64,000 bases of DNA. It comes from Dicyema japonicum. Its lineage: Eukaryota > Animalia > Dicyemida. The position numbers were made by a program, and so were the translations under genes. Below, one piece after another: positions 13,401 through 25,513 of the stretch. The DNA is taken from contig RDEW01000017.1 of NCBI GenBank assembly GCA_011109175.1, positions 813,855 to 877,854 on the forward strand, written 5' to 3'. Below the pieces are notes generated by a model. The model saw only the letters and a list, made by a program, of their open reading frames with translations, did no database searches and was not told where the DNA came from. Each line of letters begins with the position of its first letter. The first letter of the stretch is position 1.

Positions 13401-14135
13401 TCACCCAGGGGATGGATTCGAAGTGAGAAGTGTTAATTTTAAGGACATTCATCTTCATGTTCTTTTCCGTTGAAATTGAATAATCGTGGATCATCTGACC
13501 AACAAAGGAAACCTCCTTCCGGATTTTGCCGAAGAGGGAGTCGACCTCGTTCAGTAACCGGGTCCCTGAAGCTCAGAGGTAACAAATACCGGATCTTCTC
13601 CCCATGAATACACAAATGACAGTAGAAGTAGATGACGACCACGTGCTTAAAGTTAGAAATGTCAGAGATGATGAGAATAGCAATCACAAGGTCGGTCACC
13701 AGCTTCAGAATGGATACAGTCGGGTAGTAGTTGGTGTTCTATGGTGAGAAGAAGCACTACAAAGTCAAGTCGTGGTAGAGTATCGGCCAAATGTCTGGAG
13801 AAGTCTTGGATGTGGTAAGAAGTCTCATAAAGTGCTGGAGAGTATAATGCAGGGGACCGATGTCCTGTATAATATCCATCCTGAGAAAGCCAAGATTGGA
13901 AACAAAATCCTTTGTGAGAGAAATTTAAACCGGCTTAATGTCTAAGGAATCATGCTTCTTGGATATATACTTGATAGCAGACTCCACGTTTTTATCCGCT
14001 ATCCATCCGGATGTGTCACACAGCATCTGCATGCAGGAGTAATGGTACCTTTTTGTAGTTGTAAAACCTTACAAGGAGGCCACTACATCTTAAGCATAAA
14101 TTGGAGGTATATTCGGATAATACATAGCAATCCAT
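10430..14135 (-). CDS. Large multi-exon gene, probable alpha-helical repeat (HEAT/ARM-like) protein, unidentified
   Basis: 3.7-kb GC-richer island with consecutive minus-strand amphipathic segments (MLCDTSGWIADKNVESAIKYISKK; FLIPSVLIGIATELTEESLSSILISTVLAFSLACLIRDK; HLEYLFRKLQTLSTHCVLDICVRLEEAF) broken by candidate introns of about 20-25 nt. Exact exon model unresolved. Confidence 0.6.
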
Positions 14136-14699
14136 TTTAATTTTATTATTTTATTTAAAGTTTAAAATTTCTGTAATTTTTAATCAATTTTTAATTAATT
14201 ACTTTTTAACAGGTGTGGGAGATAAAAGTAATAATCCGTCTCTCAAAAACCTCTCCAAGTTATTATCTACACTAGAATCAAAAATTCCCTAATCAAAGAT
14301 CACTTCATGATGCTCGGTCTCTGAAAATAGTAAAACAATTGTCAACGGCCTTTGACTTTACGCAAATAAAAAGAGAATCATATCTACTATGGGGGACAAA
14401 GTTTGCATTCTTCAAACCATTCCGGAAACTGAGCCATCTGCATTTGTTTACTACTTATTTTTTTAACCACCAGTTCCCTTCACTTGAAACGATTGGAGGT
14501 AAATAAGTAAATATATTGGTGGTATCCATGACTACTAGAACTCTTCAAGGCTTTCCAGACCTGTTAAAATTCAAATTCCTTTGTCGGGAAAATTGACAAG
14601 TGATTAATCTCCCTTGTGTGTTTGTCAGGGACAGAGTGCATGAAATTCAAGGAAACACACATAGCGGAGATCCCGAGATTATTGAGATGGATTCGCTAT

Positions 14700-15620
14700 T
14701 CCTTCTACGTGGGTGGAGCGTATGAACTCTCTCTCAGACGGAAGATCATGAGGCATATACAATCAGAGTCGCCGCCTCTGAAAGAGACTGTGGATATGAT
14801 GATATGATGTCAGAATTGCATATGCCGCATGATTTTCAGCCAGAGAGAGTTTATGCGTTCGATTCTCGAAGAAAGGGTCAGAATTTTCAGACATAACTGG
14901 CATATTCACTTGTCGGCGAATAACTTGAAGATATGGATGCTTGCTGTTTATTTTATTTACTTAGAACCAAGAATCACCGACAAAACAATGGTTGTGAATC
15001 CACAAGAACTCATTCGGATGACGTAATCGTGGTGGACACATCTCTAAAATCTTCTATATCTGAAGGAAGAATCCGGGAGTATGTGAACCAGATTGAACAA
15101 TGGTGCAACTTGAGAGGGTTAAAGATTTCTGCTGAAAAATCTTGCGCACACCGAATAAGCAATGTGAAAAAGCACCTGAAACAAGAATACACACTGGGAG
15201 TAATCAATGCACACAGTCTGCGCTACGTGGGGGTCGACTATGGACACACAGGAGATTACATGGATGACTTAAAAGGGAGGAGAAAAAGAGCCTTTCAGTC
15301 GCTCCTATGTACACGGAAGTTACACGTTAGCCGTGACACCTACCTGTTTATCTTCAAGGGAGTTATTCTCCCTAGCTTACTTTTTGGGTGCGAGGGGTGG
15401 TTCTTCTCTCTGAAAAGGGAGAAGATCTTATCTCTTAGAGAAGACTAGGAGAGCTGCAATTAAGCTCTCCTTAAACAAGAAACTGAAGGACTGTCTAAGC
15501 CAGGACGAAAACAAGCTCTTAGAACCGATTAGCAGGATTGTGGAGGATCAATTCAGGAGGAGATCAAAGATCCAGGACACGTATATAAAGCTACGAGAAA
15601 CGTCCTTAAAAATTAATAAA
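14700..15620 (+). mobile_element. Degenerate non-LTR RT fragment, clade uncertain
   Basis: AFDS, HSDDVIV (YADD-like), WCNLRGLKISAEKS, LRYVGV, FKGVILPSLLFGCEGW. Confidence 0.7.
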
Positions 15621-17236
15621 AAAAAGGAGGAAGGGTCCAGGTGTAGAGTCTAAGCCCTATGGTAGGGCACAGATGTAATACCCTTCAGAAAACTCCATAA
15701 CTCTGTTAATAAATCGTTTACTAGTAACTAAGAACTCATTCTAAATAAAATTGTTCACTTTATAAAAAATACCCTTATGAAGCCTACTGTGATAGGAGGT
15801 TATTGTCAATTTTGATTGTGAGATCGTTCAAGTCAGCAATAAATTTATTAAATGTGAACTTTTAACGAATTTGGCTCTGGGCTGTCTGGGAATGTGCTAA
15901 TCTAACAACATTACAACGTTATTTTTATTTTTTAATAGCACGTGTACTTATGGCCAAGTTAATTCCACGTGACATTATTTTGAAAATTGAGAATGTATGC
16001 TCACTATCCAATATGAAAGAGATTCATCACTATGCCGAGATTTTTCAAAAAAATCACAATGTTGTCACTTTTTATAATTTTAAAACCACATTGATGATCA
16101 TTGGGGTTATTTAAGTGACTCTTATTAATTTAGTGATTATTATTTCGTATGGTAGATTAGTCGTAATATAACTCACAAAACATTTCTAATTGCTAAGATT
16201 TTGATAAAATATTTTCGAATATTAAACGTAGTATTTCTGTAAACAGAAAACCTGAAAATTATTTCGGTGGTTGATTGCATCAGTGCTGATTCTCACTTAT
16301 TTAAAATTTTTTTTTTTATAAAAATCATAATAACTTTCACGTTTTAATTGTAAGCTAACGGGAAAATTGCGGAGGTGGTCGACTCGCTAGACGGAAATAT
16401 CTTCCAAAATAGAATTCGTAGCATCCTAAAAGTCGCGGACAATCTGCTCAAGAAAATATAGAGAATATCTGAATTAGGAATGTAAACCCAAAAAAGCCAA
16501 TTCCTGGTAAAAATAAATAGTTTTCTGGATGATAGCCAAACTAGGAAAGCAGAAAAAATAAGTTATCGTCACATAGGTCTGATGTGTAGAATGGCAAAAT
16601 TTATGGATAGCCTAAAAGAAACTCCTATATTATTGAAATGGAGGACTTTCTTATTAACTAGGAATGTGATTCCCGGACTCTCTGATCCGTTATGGACTGT
16701 CTCTTTCGTGTTGTCTCCTGATCACGTTAGGTTAGGCCTCTTATGTTACTCTTGCGGATTAGGATCTCCAAGAGTGTCAGCATCATGTTCTTATTGTCCG
16801 TAGACCGATTCTCGGTCGCCCCAAAAGCATTCTTGTTGCGGCGATTTTTTAGCATCAGTCTAAGAGATCGAAGCCCCACATGACTCAATATATTGCAAGT
16901 TTCGTGTTTTTAGTACAGGATGATTCCCGATTTTCCACATGCCAGTTAGGTTTTTTAGGTTGATTTTTTGTGACATTTGCATAGCAAATATTTGTATCGA
17001 AGATCACCCTCAGTGTAATCCCGTTAATGGTGAGTAACTTCGTTAAGTGAATAATTACTAGTAACGACACAGCCACCACGTGAACAGAGATAATTCTCTT
17101 AGCGCCCTAAAATGTCCATCCTCAGGTTCAATGCTCACTGTCTCTTGAAGCTGGCATCTGATTTGTTTATGATTAATAAATATTTGAAAATAATTACTAG
17201 TAAAACAACCACATCATTTATAAAAATCGAAATAAA

Positions 17237-18854
17237 TTATTTCCTCATTCTCATAGACACCACATGCTGTCTCTTCTTCACATGCTTAGGTGTCTTAGTC
17301 AATCTTCGAATACGGTTCTGTTCCTTCACTTCCATCTTAAATTTCTACAATGACAATAAACACTACCTTTCTACTATTTGGGGACATATCCCTTATTCTA
17401 ACAACATTAACGTCCTTCCCGCTCTCATTCTCACCACTTACAACCTCTTCACAGGAACCACCTCAGAGAGTTCCTTACTGGAATCACTCCCATCCACCTT
17501 TGGCGTAAAAATGTTAAGGCCGACAAAACTCACGTAGTTAATCTAAAATTAGAAAACTCAATACAGCATCCATATCTCCATCCTGAACCAACTCAAAGTC
17601 CCTCTCAGCATCCTTTAGATCATCCAAAGTTCGGGGGATATAAGTATTCATAAACACTTCATCCAAATCATAATTTGGGAGGACTTCAAAGTTCATAATC
17701 ATCTCCAACTGATCCTCTCCATCACCAAATGTAGGATCTACCACAAAGTCGAACAACTTCCGAATGGTAAGGGTCACAACATTATTCCTTCGAAAAAAGG
17801 CTAAGATCACAACATGGGGGTACCTGTTACATTCTTACAGTCCATTCTGAGAAAATTCAGGGCATTTGGATGGTCATGTTCAACAGCCTGGGCCACATCA
17901 ATCACATGCATTTGGTCTCCGACCATCCTAAGAGTTATTACGATCCTTACATTATGTTGAATTCACTCAAATCCGCGTGGACCAAATGACACACGTGGTA
18001 TAACTTCCTCATTATGAGAACACACTGCACGTATAGTCTCGTGCCAGTGAACCACCAAGTTGGACCTGCTTCAATAAATGAGCAGGCCAACCATCCTCTC
18101 CGATGAAGGACATAACAATCACGTGCTCTTTTATGCAGATTGGCTCAGGACAGGGAATTCCTGCCTTGTACATTCTGGTATAAGGATACAAATCGACCTA
18201 TTGAGGTTCCCAAATTCTTTTTCGGCCCACATGGATATACTTTTCCGTGAATTTCCTCGAAATCCCTGTCTGAACCTATACTCCCCCTGCAAGTATCGTT
18301 GACGGTCCTTGAAGACGAGAATAGAGGTTTTGAAGATCTGCAAGTTAGTGGAAGCAAACCTTAACGGCTAACTGTCGGTTATTAGAGGAGGTGGCATAAT
18401 ACACGTTGGCCTCCTTCCCAGTGTTGATGCAACCGTTTATTACAGAGATCATTCGACTTCTGACCAGTTTGTAGAGAATAAGTAGAGTCCGCTGATCAAG
18501 GACCTGCTCAGAGGTTGCTCGACTGGACTTGTCGCGAGTTCGGTTCGACTTGTTGTTTGGTGAGAAACAATCTCCTTCAATAAAGGAGTTAATGCATCGG
18601 AAAGTGTCTAAGATAGTAATTGACTCAAAAACCAGAGCTCAGACTTTGTAGTAGTCCCTTATTGGCTGGTAATGGTGCGCTGCTGACTGATTTTGTGAAT
18701 TCGGACGTCTCAGCTGTATAATTCATTAATATTATCACTACCGCTTCCATTAGATACTTCTCGTCCTCGTCAGACTCGCTATAGTCTTTAATAAAGATAT
18801 TATTAAAATACCCTCGTAGAAAATTATCCCACCATCGTCGACACCACCAAGCAT
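17237..18854 (-). CDS. RIOK1: RIO kinase 1
   Basis: Spliced: [50 protein letters not shown], and C-terminal TPKHVKKR ending at TAA 17239-17237. Confidence 0.92.
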
Positions 18855-18984
18855 CCTTGCTGAAAACTATATTTAAATTTTTATTTATAAAATATTTAAA
18901 TAATAAAATATATTAAAACAAATATTCTTTATCTAAGCAAATATTAATATTAAGAATAACTACTTGATACCCAAGTTAATTAAA

Positions 18985-19038
18985 AAATGTCATGTGGCTC
19001 GCCGACGACGTGGTGGCATTTGAAAAAAAAGAACCACA
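18985..19038 (+). ncRNA. Candidate HDV-like ribozyme scaffold (P1-P2-P3 double pseudoknot; this copy lacks P4 and the catalytic C)
   Basis: P1 AAATGTC/GGCATTT, P2 TGTGGCTC/GAACCACA (one mismatch), P3 GCC/GGT, in HDV nesting order. Confidence 0.5.
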
Positions 19039-19091
19039 CTTTCCCCTATCTTCACGGGTGGACCAATAAGGAAGGCCTGCGTTGCTGCGGG

Positions 19092-19115
19092 GACGTTGAG
19101 GCAAACCCTGGACCA
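19092..19115 (+). other. 2A-like ribosomal skipping motif DVEANPGP
   Basis: Exact D(V/I)ExNPGP consensus at codons 36-43 of ORF 18987, just before the APE domain. Confidence 0.88.
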
Positions 19116-22100
19116 GCCAGAATAGTCCAACTGAACATAAATGGAATCAAGAACAAAATACTCGAACTTCGGACATTTGTGAAAGAAAATCACATTGATC
19201 TGTTGCTAATTCAAGAATCTAAACTTTCTCCAAAGAATTCAACACCAGTATTTCCGGGATTCACAGTAATTCGCCGTGACAGAATTGGCAAACTTGGTGG
19301 GGGTCTTCTCACAGTTATCCGCAACGGCATTCCGTTTGAGGACATAACCAACAGTGCTTACACTATGCTTAAAGGATATGGAAATCTCGAACTTTTGGTT
19401 ACCAAAATACGATTCCCAAGACTATCAATAACAATTGTCAACGCATATCTCCCACCGCTGAGTTCCTGCTCGTCCAGTGCCCCAGACTCACTCCTCTCGC
19501 GTCACTAAAGGATGTGATTATCTGTGGTGACTTCAATGCGAAGCACCCACTGTGGCTGACAGGACAAACCTACGACAAAAGAGGGAAGATGATAATTGAG
19601 GACCTCCACAGCCTATGTATACTCAACGATCCTGCATCTCATACAAGAACACCTACTCGACGTAATGATAAACCTTCTTCTATCGACATCTCATTGTCAT
19701 CACCGTCCTTGGCCCCACTTATTGACTGGTCAGTGAAGTATGACACCAGGAGTGACCACAACCCAATATTTTTGGAGGTCAAAACAAGGTCACGGATAAA
19801 AGGACAATGCCCAACAATAACTAACTACAGCCTTGCGAATTGGAAAGGATTCAAGGAATACGTCGATAATTGTATTGGACTATTAAATTTCCCCACTTTT
19901 CCCTCCGTCGAACAATTAGTGAAATGGTTCAACTCCATTATAAACGATGCGAAAAAGAAGTACATTCCTATGGGGAGACAACCAACGTCATCAAAACGTT
20001 TTAACACAACGACGAAACATCTGATCAGAGAACGAAATAATCTAAAGATGGTAAAATCGCCAACAGAAGAGAACATCAGGAAAATACGAGAATTGAACAG
20101 AGAGATCGACAACAACATAAAGACAGAAAATGCAAATAGATGGACGAGACTATCGAAAGCTCTCTACAAAAACCCCCCAATGCAAGAGTGTGGAAGTGGA
20201 TCAAAAACATCAAAAGACCTCCCCAGAGAGAAAAGTCGAAGTCTACATAAAACCAGACACTCTGATAAAATATTACACATCTATATCCTACAGGAAGTTT
20301 TCAAAAGAACACCAAGTATTCCTGAAAAAGATTGAACCGAAACGCTCCGATGACTGGATCCTATTTACTAGTCAGGATGTTCGCAGAGCCATATCTAAGG
20401 CCAACAACTCAGAGGCCAAAGGACCAGACAACATAACCACATGTGAACTGAAGCACCTAGGCCATCGAGCCCTGGAACTATTAGCCTATATATTCAACCT
20501 ATCCATTAACACAAATACAATCCCTGAAATATGGAAGAAGTCTCTAATCAGACCTATCCGAAAACCCAACAAACCAATAGATGAACCATCTTCCTATCGC
20601 CCAATATCTATTCTAAGTCCGGTCTCAAGGATCCTTGAAAGGCTTGTTTTGGAAAAAATACAAGACTCAATCTCAATACCTCCGACCCAGCACGGATTCC
20701 GGGACAACCATTCGACGACAACACACCTTACAACCCTCACACAATTCATTGCGGAAGGATTTAACTCCCCCAAACCCATCAGAGGACAGTACTTATATCC
20801 GTGGACATCACAAAAGCGTTCGACTCAGTCCCTAGGAAACTCCTAACAAAGAAAATATACGAAACCAACATCCATCCGAACCTGAAACTTTGGCTTGGAA
20901 ACTTCCTAAATGGAAGACGAGCACAAGTACTCTGCAACAACATCAAATCAAGATCTCGCTATTTCCCAAATGGAGTCCCTCAAGGCTCCCACTATCACCC
21001 CAACTCTTCAATCTCTACATAAACGACATGCCACAAACCTGTAATGAAAACTGTCTAATCCTCTCCTATGCCGACGATATCATTCTTGCTCCAAGAACAG
21101 AAGCATTCAATCAGCGACTCAGTTGGCTCAACAAATGCTCGACAACTTGGAACTATGGCTCTCGAAGCGGAGACTTGACACATCAGCAGCAAAGTCCTTT
21201 GTCACACTGTTTACCACCTACAAGAGACAGCTCTGTATCGAACCAAAAGTCTTTATGAAGAACGAAGCTATCTCTATTAACAAAACACCGAAGATTCTGG
21301 GAGTAACCTTTGATCAGGGACTCACCTTTATCCGGCATGTTGAAAACAGAGTAACTTCTGCTCTGAAAAATGAGAATTTTAAAAGTGCTCTCAAAAACAC
21401 TTAGAGATCAAACTGGGATCCTTGCCACGATTTACAAACAATTTATCCAACCAACGATGACGTATGCAAGTCCTTCATGGGCAATGCAAATGTCACGATC
21501 TTCCACATTGAAATTATCTGCAATCGAGGAGACTGCAATAAGGTTAATTGGACCAGATCACAATATCCAACCTATTGAAAATTTTTTAATTGAACTACAA
21601 CGGAAATATTAAAGGAGGCTGTTCTAACAAGCTGCCCTCTATTCCAAATACTATCGAATTATCTACAATCATACAGAAATTTTGAGCCGAAGCCATGTCC
21701 AATGAGAAGAGCTGTTCAGGATTCTCGACCCCGCCGGACTCGTCCTCACCTTTGTCGGTCTGGGATCACTTAGTTAGATGAGAACTTTTATTTCTTTCTC
21801 TTTGACCCAGTGATCCTGGGGGTAATAATAATAATAACTAAGGAATACGAATAAGACATAGTGCAATAGAGATGTCGTCACCACCTCAACCAGAATGTAA
21901 AGCACTCACGTAAAGAAACAACAAATGGCAATATTCGTATTCCTTACCGACTTCTCCGTTCACTCTGGGAACTTTTAATTGCTGAGGACTTAAAAAATTT
22001 TTACAAAAAAGGTTTTTTTTAAATATCAACTGTCAGAGCCAATGTTCCGCTAAATCTACTCACCATACTGGTCAACTCTGCATGGTAGGCAATACAAATT

Positions 22101-22129
22101 TATGGATCGATCCAATAATCGTGGAAACT

Positions 22130-22530
22130 TCGGGAGTTTCAAAGCAACCTTACAAGAAACATCAACTGACATCTATCAAAATACAACATCTCTGTATGCT
22201 GTCTACAAAAGATAAAAATGACCGTATAATGTAAGGAACTTTTTGGCAAATTGCACTTTTTACCCTCTCATCGGCCGTCTAAATGACCAGGTACCCACAA
22301 ATGTCGCAATGGACAACTACTTCGCACACACAGGAGCCGGATTCTGTGGAAGGCCTAGATCGACACTTCTGACAATCTTGAATGAAAACCTATCGGAGTT
22401 TGGTATGAGACTAACTTCGGGGGACGACCAGAACTACCTAAGAGAACTAGTGCGCAACACAAGATCATGGTCGAGGCTGACGGAAAGGATGATTCGGAAA
22501 ACGGCACAAGAGAAACTTAACTAATTATTC
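22130..22530 (+). mobile_element. RTE-like 3' fragment
   Basis: NVAMDNYF..GRPRSTLLTILNENL..LRELVRNTRSWSRL. Confidence 0.75.
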
Positions 22531-23489
22531 TCGGGCATCAATTCTGGCATATTTGTTAAATATAGCGTTTTTAGAAATAAAGCGAATAGGGCCTGAGAAA
22601 GACATGGATAGTTTTTGGTAGGGGGGTTTGTGTGAAATAGACTTATTCGTATCCACAAATTTCATGTTTTGCTTTTGACAAATAAAGAGCGTAAATGGAT
22701 TTGCTGCAAAGAATATATTTTCACATAATCCAAAATAAAAACAAGGATGACTTTCTAAACTTTTCGAGGACCTAACATTTCAGAATTCACCATGAAATCA
22801 AAAAGATGCTGAGTGGACATGGACTTTGTCGCACAACTGCATTGTGAGGCTTTCTGTCCTCCAAAAAGTAATATTAAGGTTTCATATTTCACTTTAGGAC
22901 AGACAAGTGTCGTCAAGCTTACGAAATTACAAGATCTGTCACAAAATACTGACTGTAAAACTATTCAAGAGACATTTAAAGGGCCACTATCCACTTTATT
23001 GCAAAAAATGCAGCAAAGGATTTTACAGGAAGGATAGGTGGAATGAACACATGTGCTCTTTATTATAAAAATAAATTATTGTGACGTCAACGACCAAATG
23101 TTAGTAGCATGCATTGAGGCATAGAAGCTATCGCTAAGACTACGTTCTAGATCGTCGTTTCTGGCCGATTTCGACCTCCCATAGTCGGTATAGGATCACT
23201 TCATTAGGTGGGACATTCATTCTCTATTAGTCGCCACTATAATTTATCGTCGTATAGCATCACGTCCGGCTAATAAGTCTTACTTATTATTCTAAAACAA
23301 ATGGTTACCGGCTTCTTTTCGAAAGAAAAACGAAATTTTTAATTTCGTTCAAAAACATGTTCGACGTAGTATGGGACAAAAAAGGAAGACCTTGACATCG
23401 GTCTCCGATTTTCAGATTAATTAGGGTGAATTAAAGAATGGATTAGGGTGTATTAGAAAATGTGTTAGGGTAAATAAAAGAATGAATTA

Positions 23490-24168
23490 TGTTGTACTAG
23501 AGAATGGATTTGGATGTATTAGAGCAGAGCTTTTCAAAAAATAATTCTCGAGCAATAATACGACAAGCAGGGATTATCAAGTTTTCGCCAATATTGTGAG
23601 GTTTTAGTTGTTTTGCTATCACTTCTGAGATCAGGTATAAACATTTCAATGATTCCTTTGTGTTTAGAAAAGTTTCACTGAACATCATTTGACTAGATCT
23701 ACGATTCATAGTAAAAACCAAATAATACTTAAGTTGTTTTTTTCAAATGGATAAAATAATCCACAGATTTTTAGTCCGGATGCTTGGAAGTAAAATGTCT
23801 CTTTAGTTTGCTAAGAACCATAGCATTACTTGCCAAAAATCCATGCAAATTAGACATTTAGGTAGTTTATTGTTATTTTTGCATATACATCCAAATGACA
23901 TACAAGAATCTTTATAAGAACGACGAACTGATTTACCCATAAGCACGTTGATGCGCACGTTATTAAAAAATTTATAAATAATGGTTAACCAATGTAAATG
24001 TCATTTAATGTATAATAAAAAATGATTATTTTAATTTTAGTAATTATTTTAATTCGTTTATCTTTTTAAATTAATTAAGTCAAAAATGTATATAAATTTA
24101 TTCAAATTTGTATTTGGCAGGCGGCACACTAGAAATTGTCTTGCGGCACACCGTTTGACAACCTCTGG
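23490..24168 (-). mobile_element. hAT (Charlie/Buster-type) 5' remnant
   Basis: Terminus CAGAGGTTGTCAAAC on the minus strand near 24165; BED-like KCLICM and KPHNIGENLIIPAC. Confidence 0.75.
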
Positions 24169-25513
24169 GTTAAAGAGTACCGAAATTTCTATTGCACGGA
24201 AAAGAAAAAATTGCGAAATAAAAAATACATGACAAATGACTATAAAAATTTTATTTCTAATTTTTTGAGAAAATAATTATCCCACATTGTGAAATAAAAA
24301 TTTCGATACTTTCAGAAATTCTTAAAAACTGTGAACTTGATAATTTGTTTTTGAATACATTTCAAGGATGAATGGATGAAACTGGGATCTTTTTTCAATC
24401 TTCCCTTTTTGAACAATTTCATGTATTTATAGAAAGGGCATAAAGCAATGAAAAGTGAGAATAACTATAGTTTTTTGTGCTAATGCAACTATAACAATAA
24501 AAATTAAACCTTTCGTTATTAGGCAAGTCAAAGACCATAATGTTTAAGATGTTGACTTGGAAATATATTTACTATGCAAATTAAAGGGTTTGGATGACAA
24601 CATAACTTTTTGAGGTTATCAGTCATTTTAGTGATGATTTTAATTAAATCATAATTATTTAAACAAAAAAATCAAATCAAAAGTGGTCCCCGCCTACATA
24701 TCGACGTTCAGTTGCCTCTCGCAATCGCTACAGATGTAAACTGAAGTAATGAATTAAATGTTGAGAAAAAAGTTTTTTTTACTTATAGATAATGCTCCAA
24801 ATCATGTTTTAACAAAATATTTTGAAAATTAAAAATTTTATTCCTTCAAAAAAACACAACTGCTAATCTTCAACCAGTCGATTCAGTCATAATCAAGAAC
24901 TTTAAGCATTATTATGAAAAAGACTTATTTTTGATTACATGGAAGTCCTTAATTAGAAAAATAAATTTTTGTGAATTTACGAAAGGGCATCATTATGGTA
25001 TCTCACGCATGAAGTAAAGAAAACGGTTCCCATTCAAAATGGCCTCTTTCAAAATGGCCTCCATTCAAAATGGCCTCCATTCAAAATGGCCTCCAATAAA
25101 ATTTCTCAGGTTTTGGATAAGTTCATCAATAGACATCACGAGATATTTTACCAAGGTCCTCGACATCTTTAGGTAAAAAAGTCATCTTTTTAAATCTTAT
25201 AAAAATTGATTTTACCAAGGTCCTCGACATCTTTAGGTGAAAAAGTCATCTTTTTAAATCTTATAAAAATTGATTTTAACAGGTCCTATGGGTAAGTGGA
25301 ACATTTTACCAAGGTCCTCGACATCTTTAGGTGAAAAAGTCATCTTTTTGAAATCTTATAAAAATTGATTTTAACAGGTCCTATGGGTAAGTGGAACAAT
25401 TTACCAAGGTCCTCGACATCTTTAGGTAAAAAAGTCATCTTTTTTAATATTTTTATATAAGTTTAAAATGAAATATTTATTTTCAAAGAAAAAAAGGAAA
25501 ATGATTATAAATG

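Larger units (their letters stand above)
18985..21838 (+). mobile_element. Near full-length Ingi/Vingi-like LINE (2A peptide, APE endonuclease, RT, no RNase H seen; frameshifted; TAA tail)
   Basis: GDVEANPGP then RIVQLNING, LIQESKL, GDFNAKH, SDHNPI (APE); YRPISILS, QHGFR, DITKAFDSV, GVPQGS, SYADD (RT); ends RSGIT-stop and (TAA)n at about 21823-21838. Confidence 0.88.

Noticed and set aside
10430-14135. GC-richer island as an endogenous virus
   Set aside because: No polymerase or capsid motifs, and the frames are broken by GT-AG micro-introns like host genes.
15770-16560. Possible AT-rich plus-strand gene (MAKLIPRDIILKIENV)
   Set aside because: Short open segments only, with no homology and no consistent exon chain.
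16560-17217. Operon-like gene starting about 20 nt after the RIOK1 stop
   Set aside because: No splice model gave a continuous frame from the nearby ATGs.
21761-21776. Recurrent GGGATCACTTA motif (also near 9980, 28395, 38655, 41845, 57945) as an rRNA piece or target site
   Set aside because: It is the conserved C-terminal Gly-Ile-Thr-stop of the Vingi-like ORF.
23421-23471. TTAGGG as interstitial telomere
   Set aside because: Only three copies at 22-nt spacing within a degenerate AT-rich repeat, not a tandem array.
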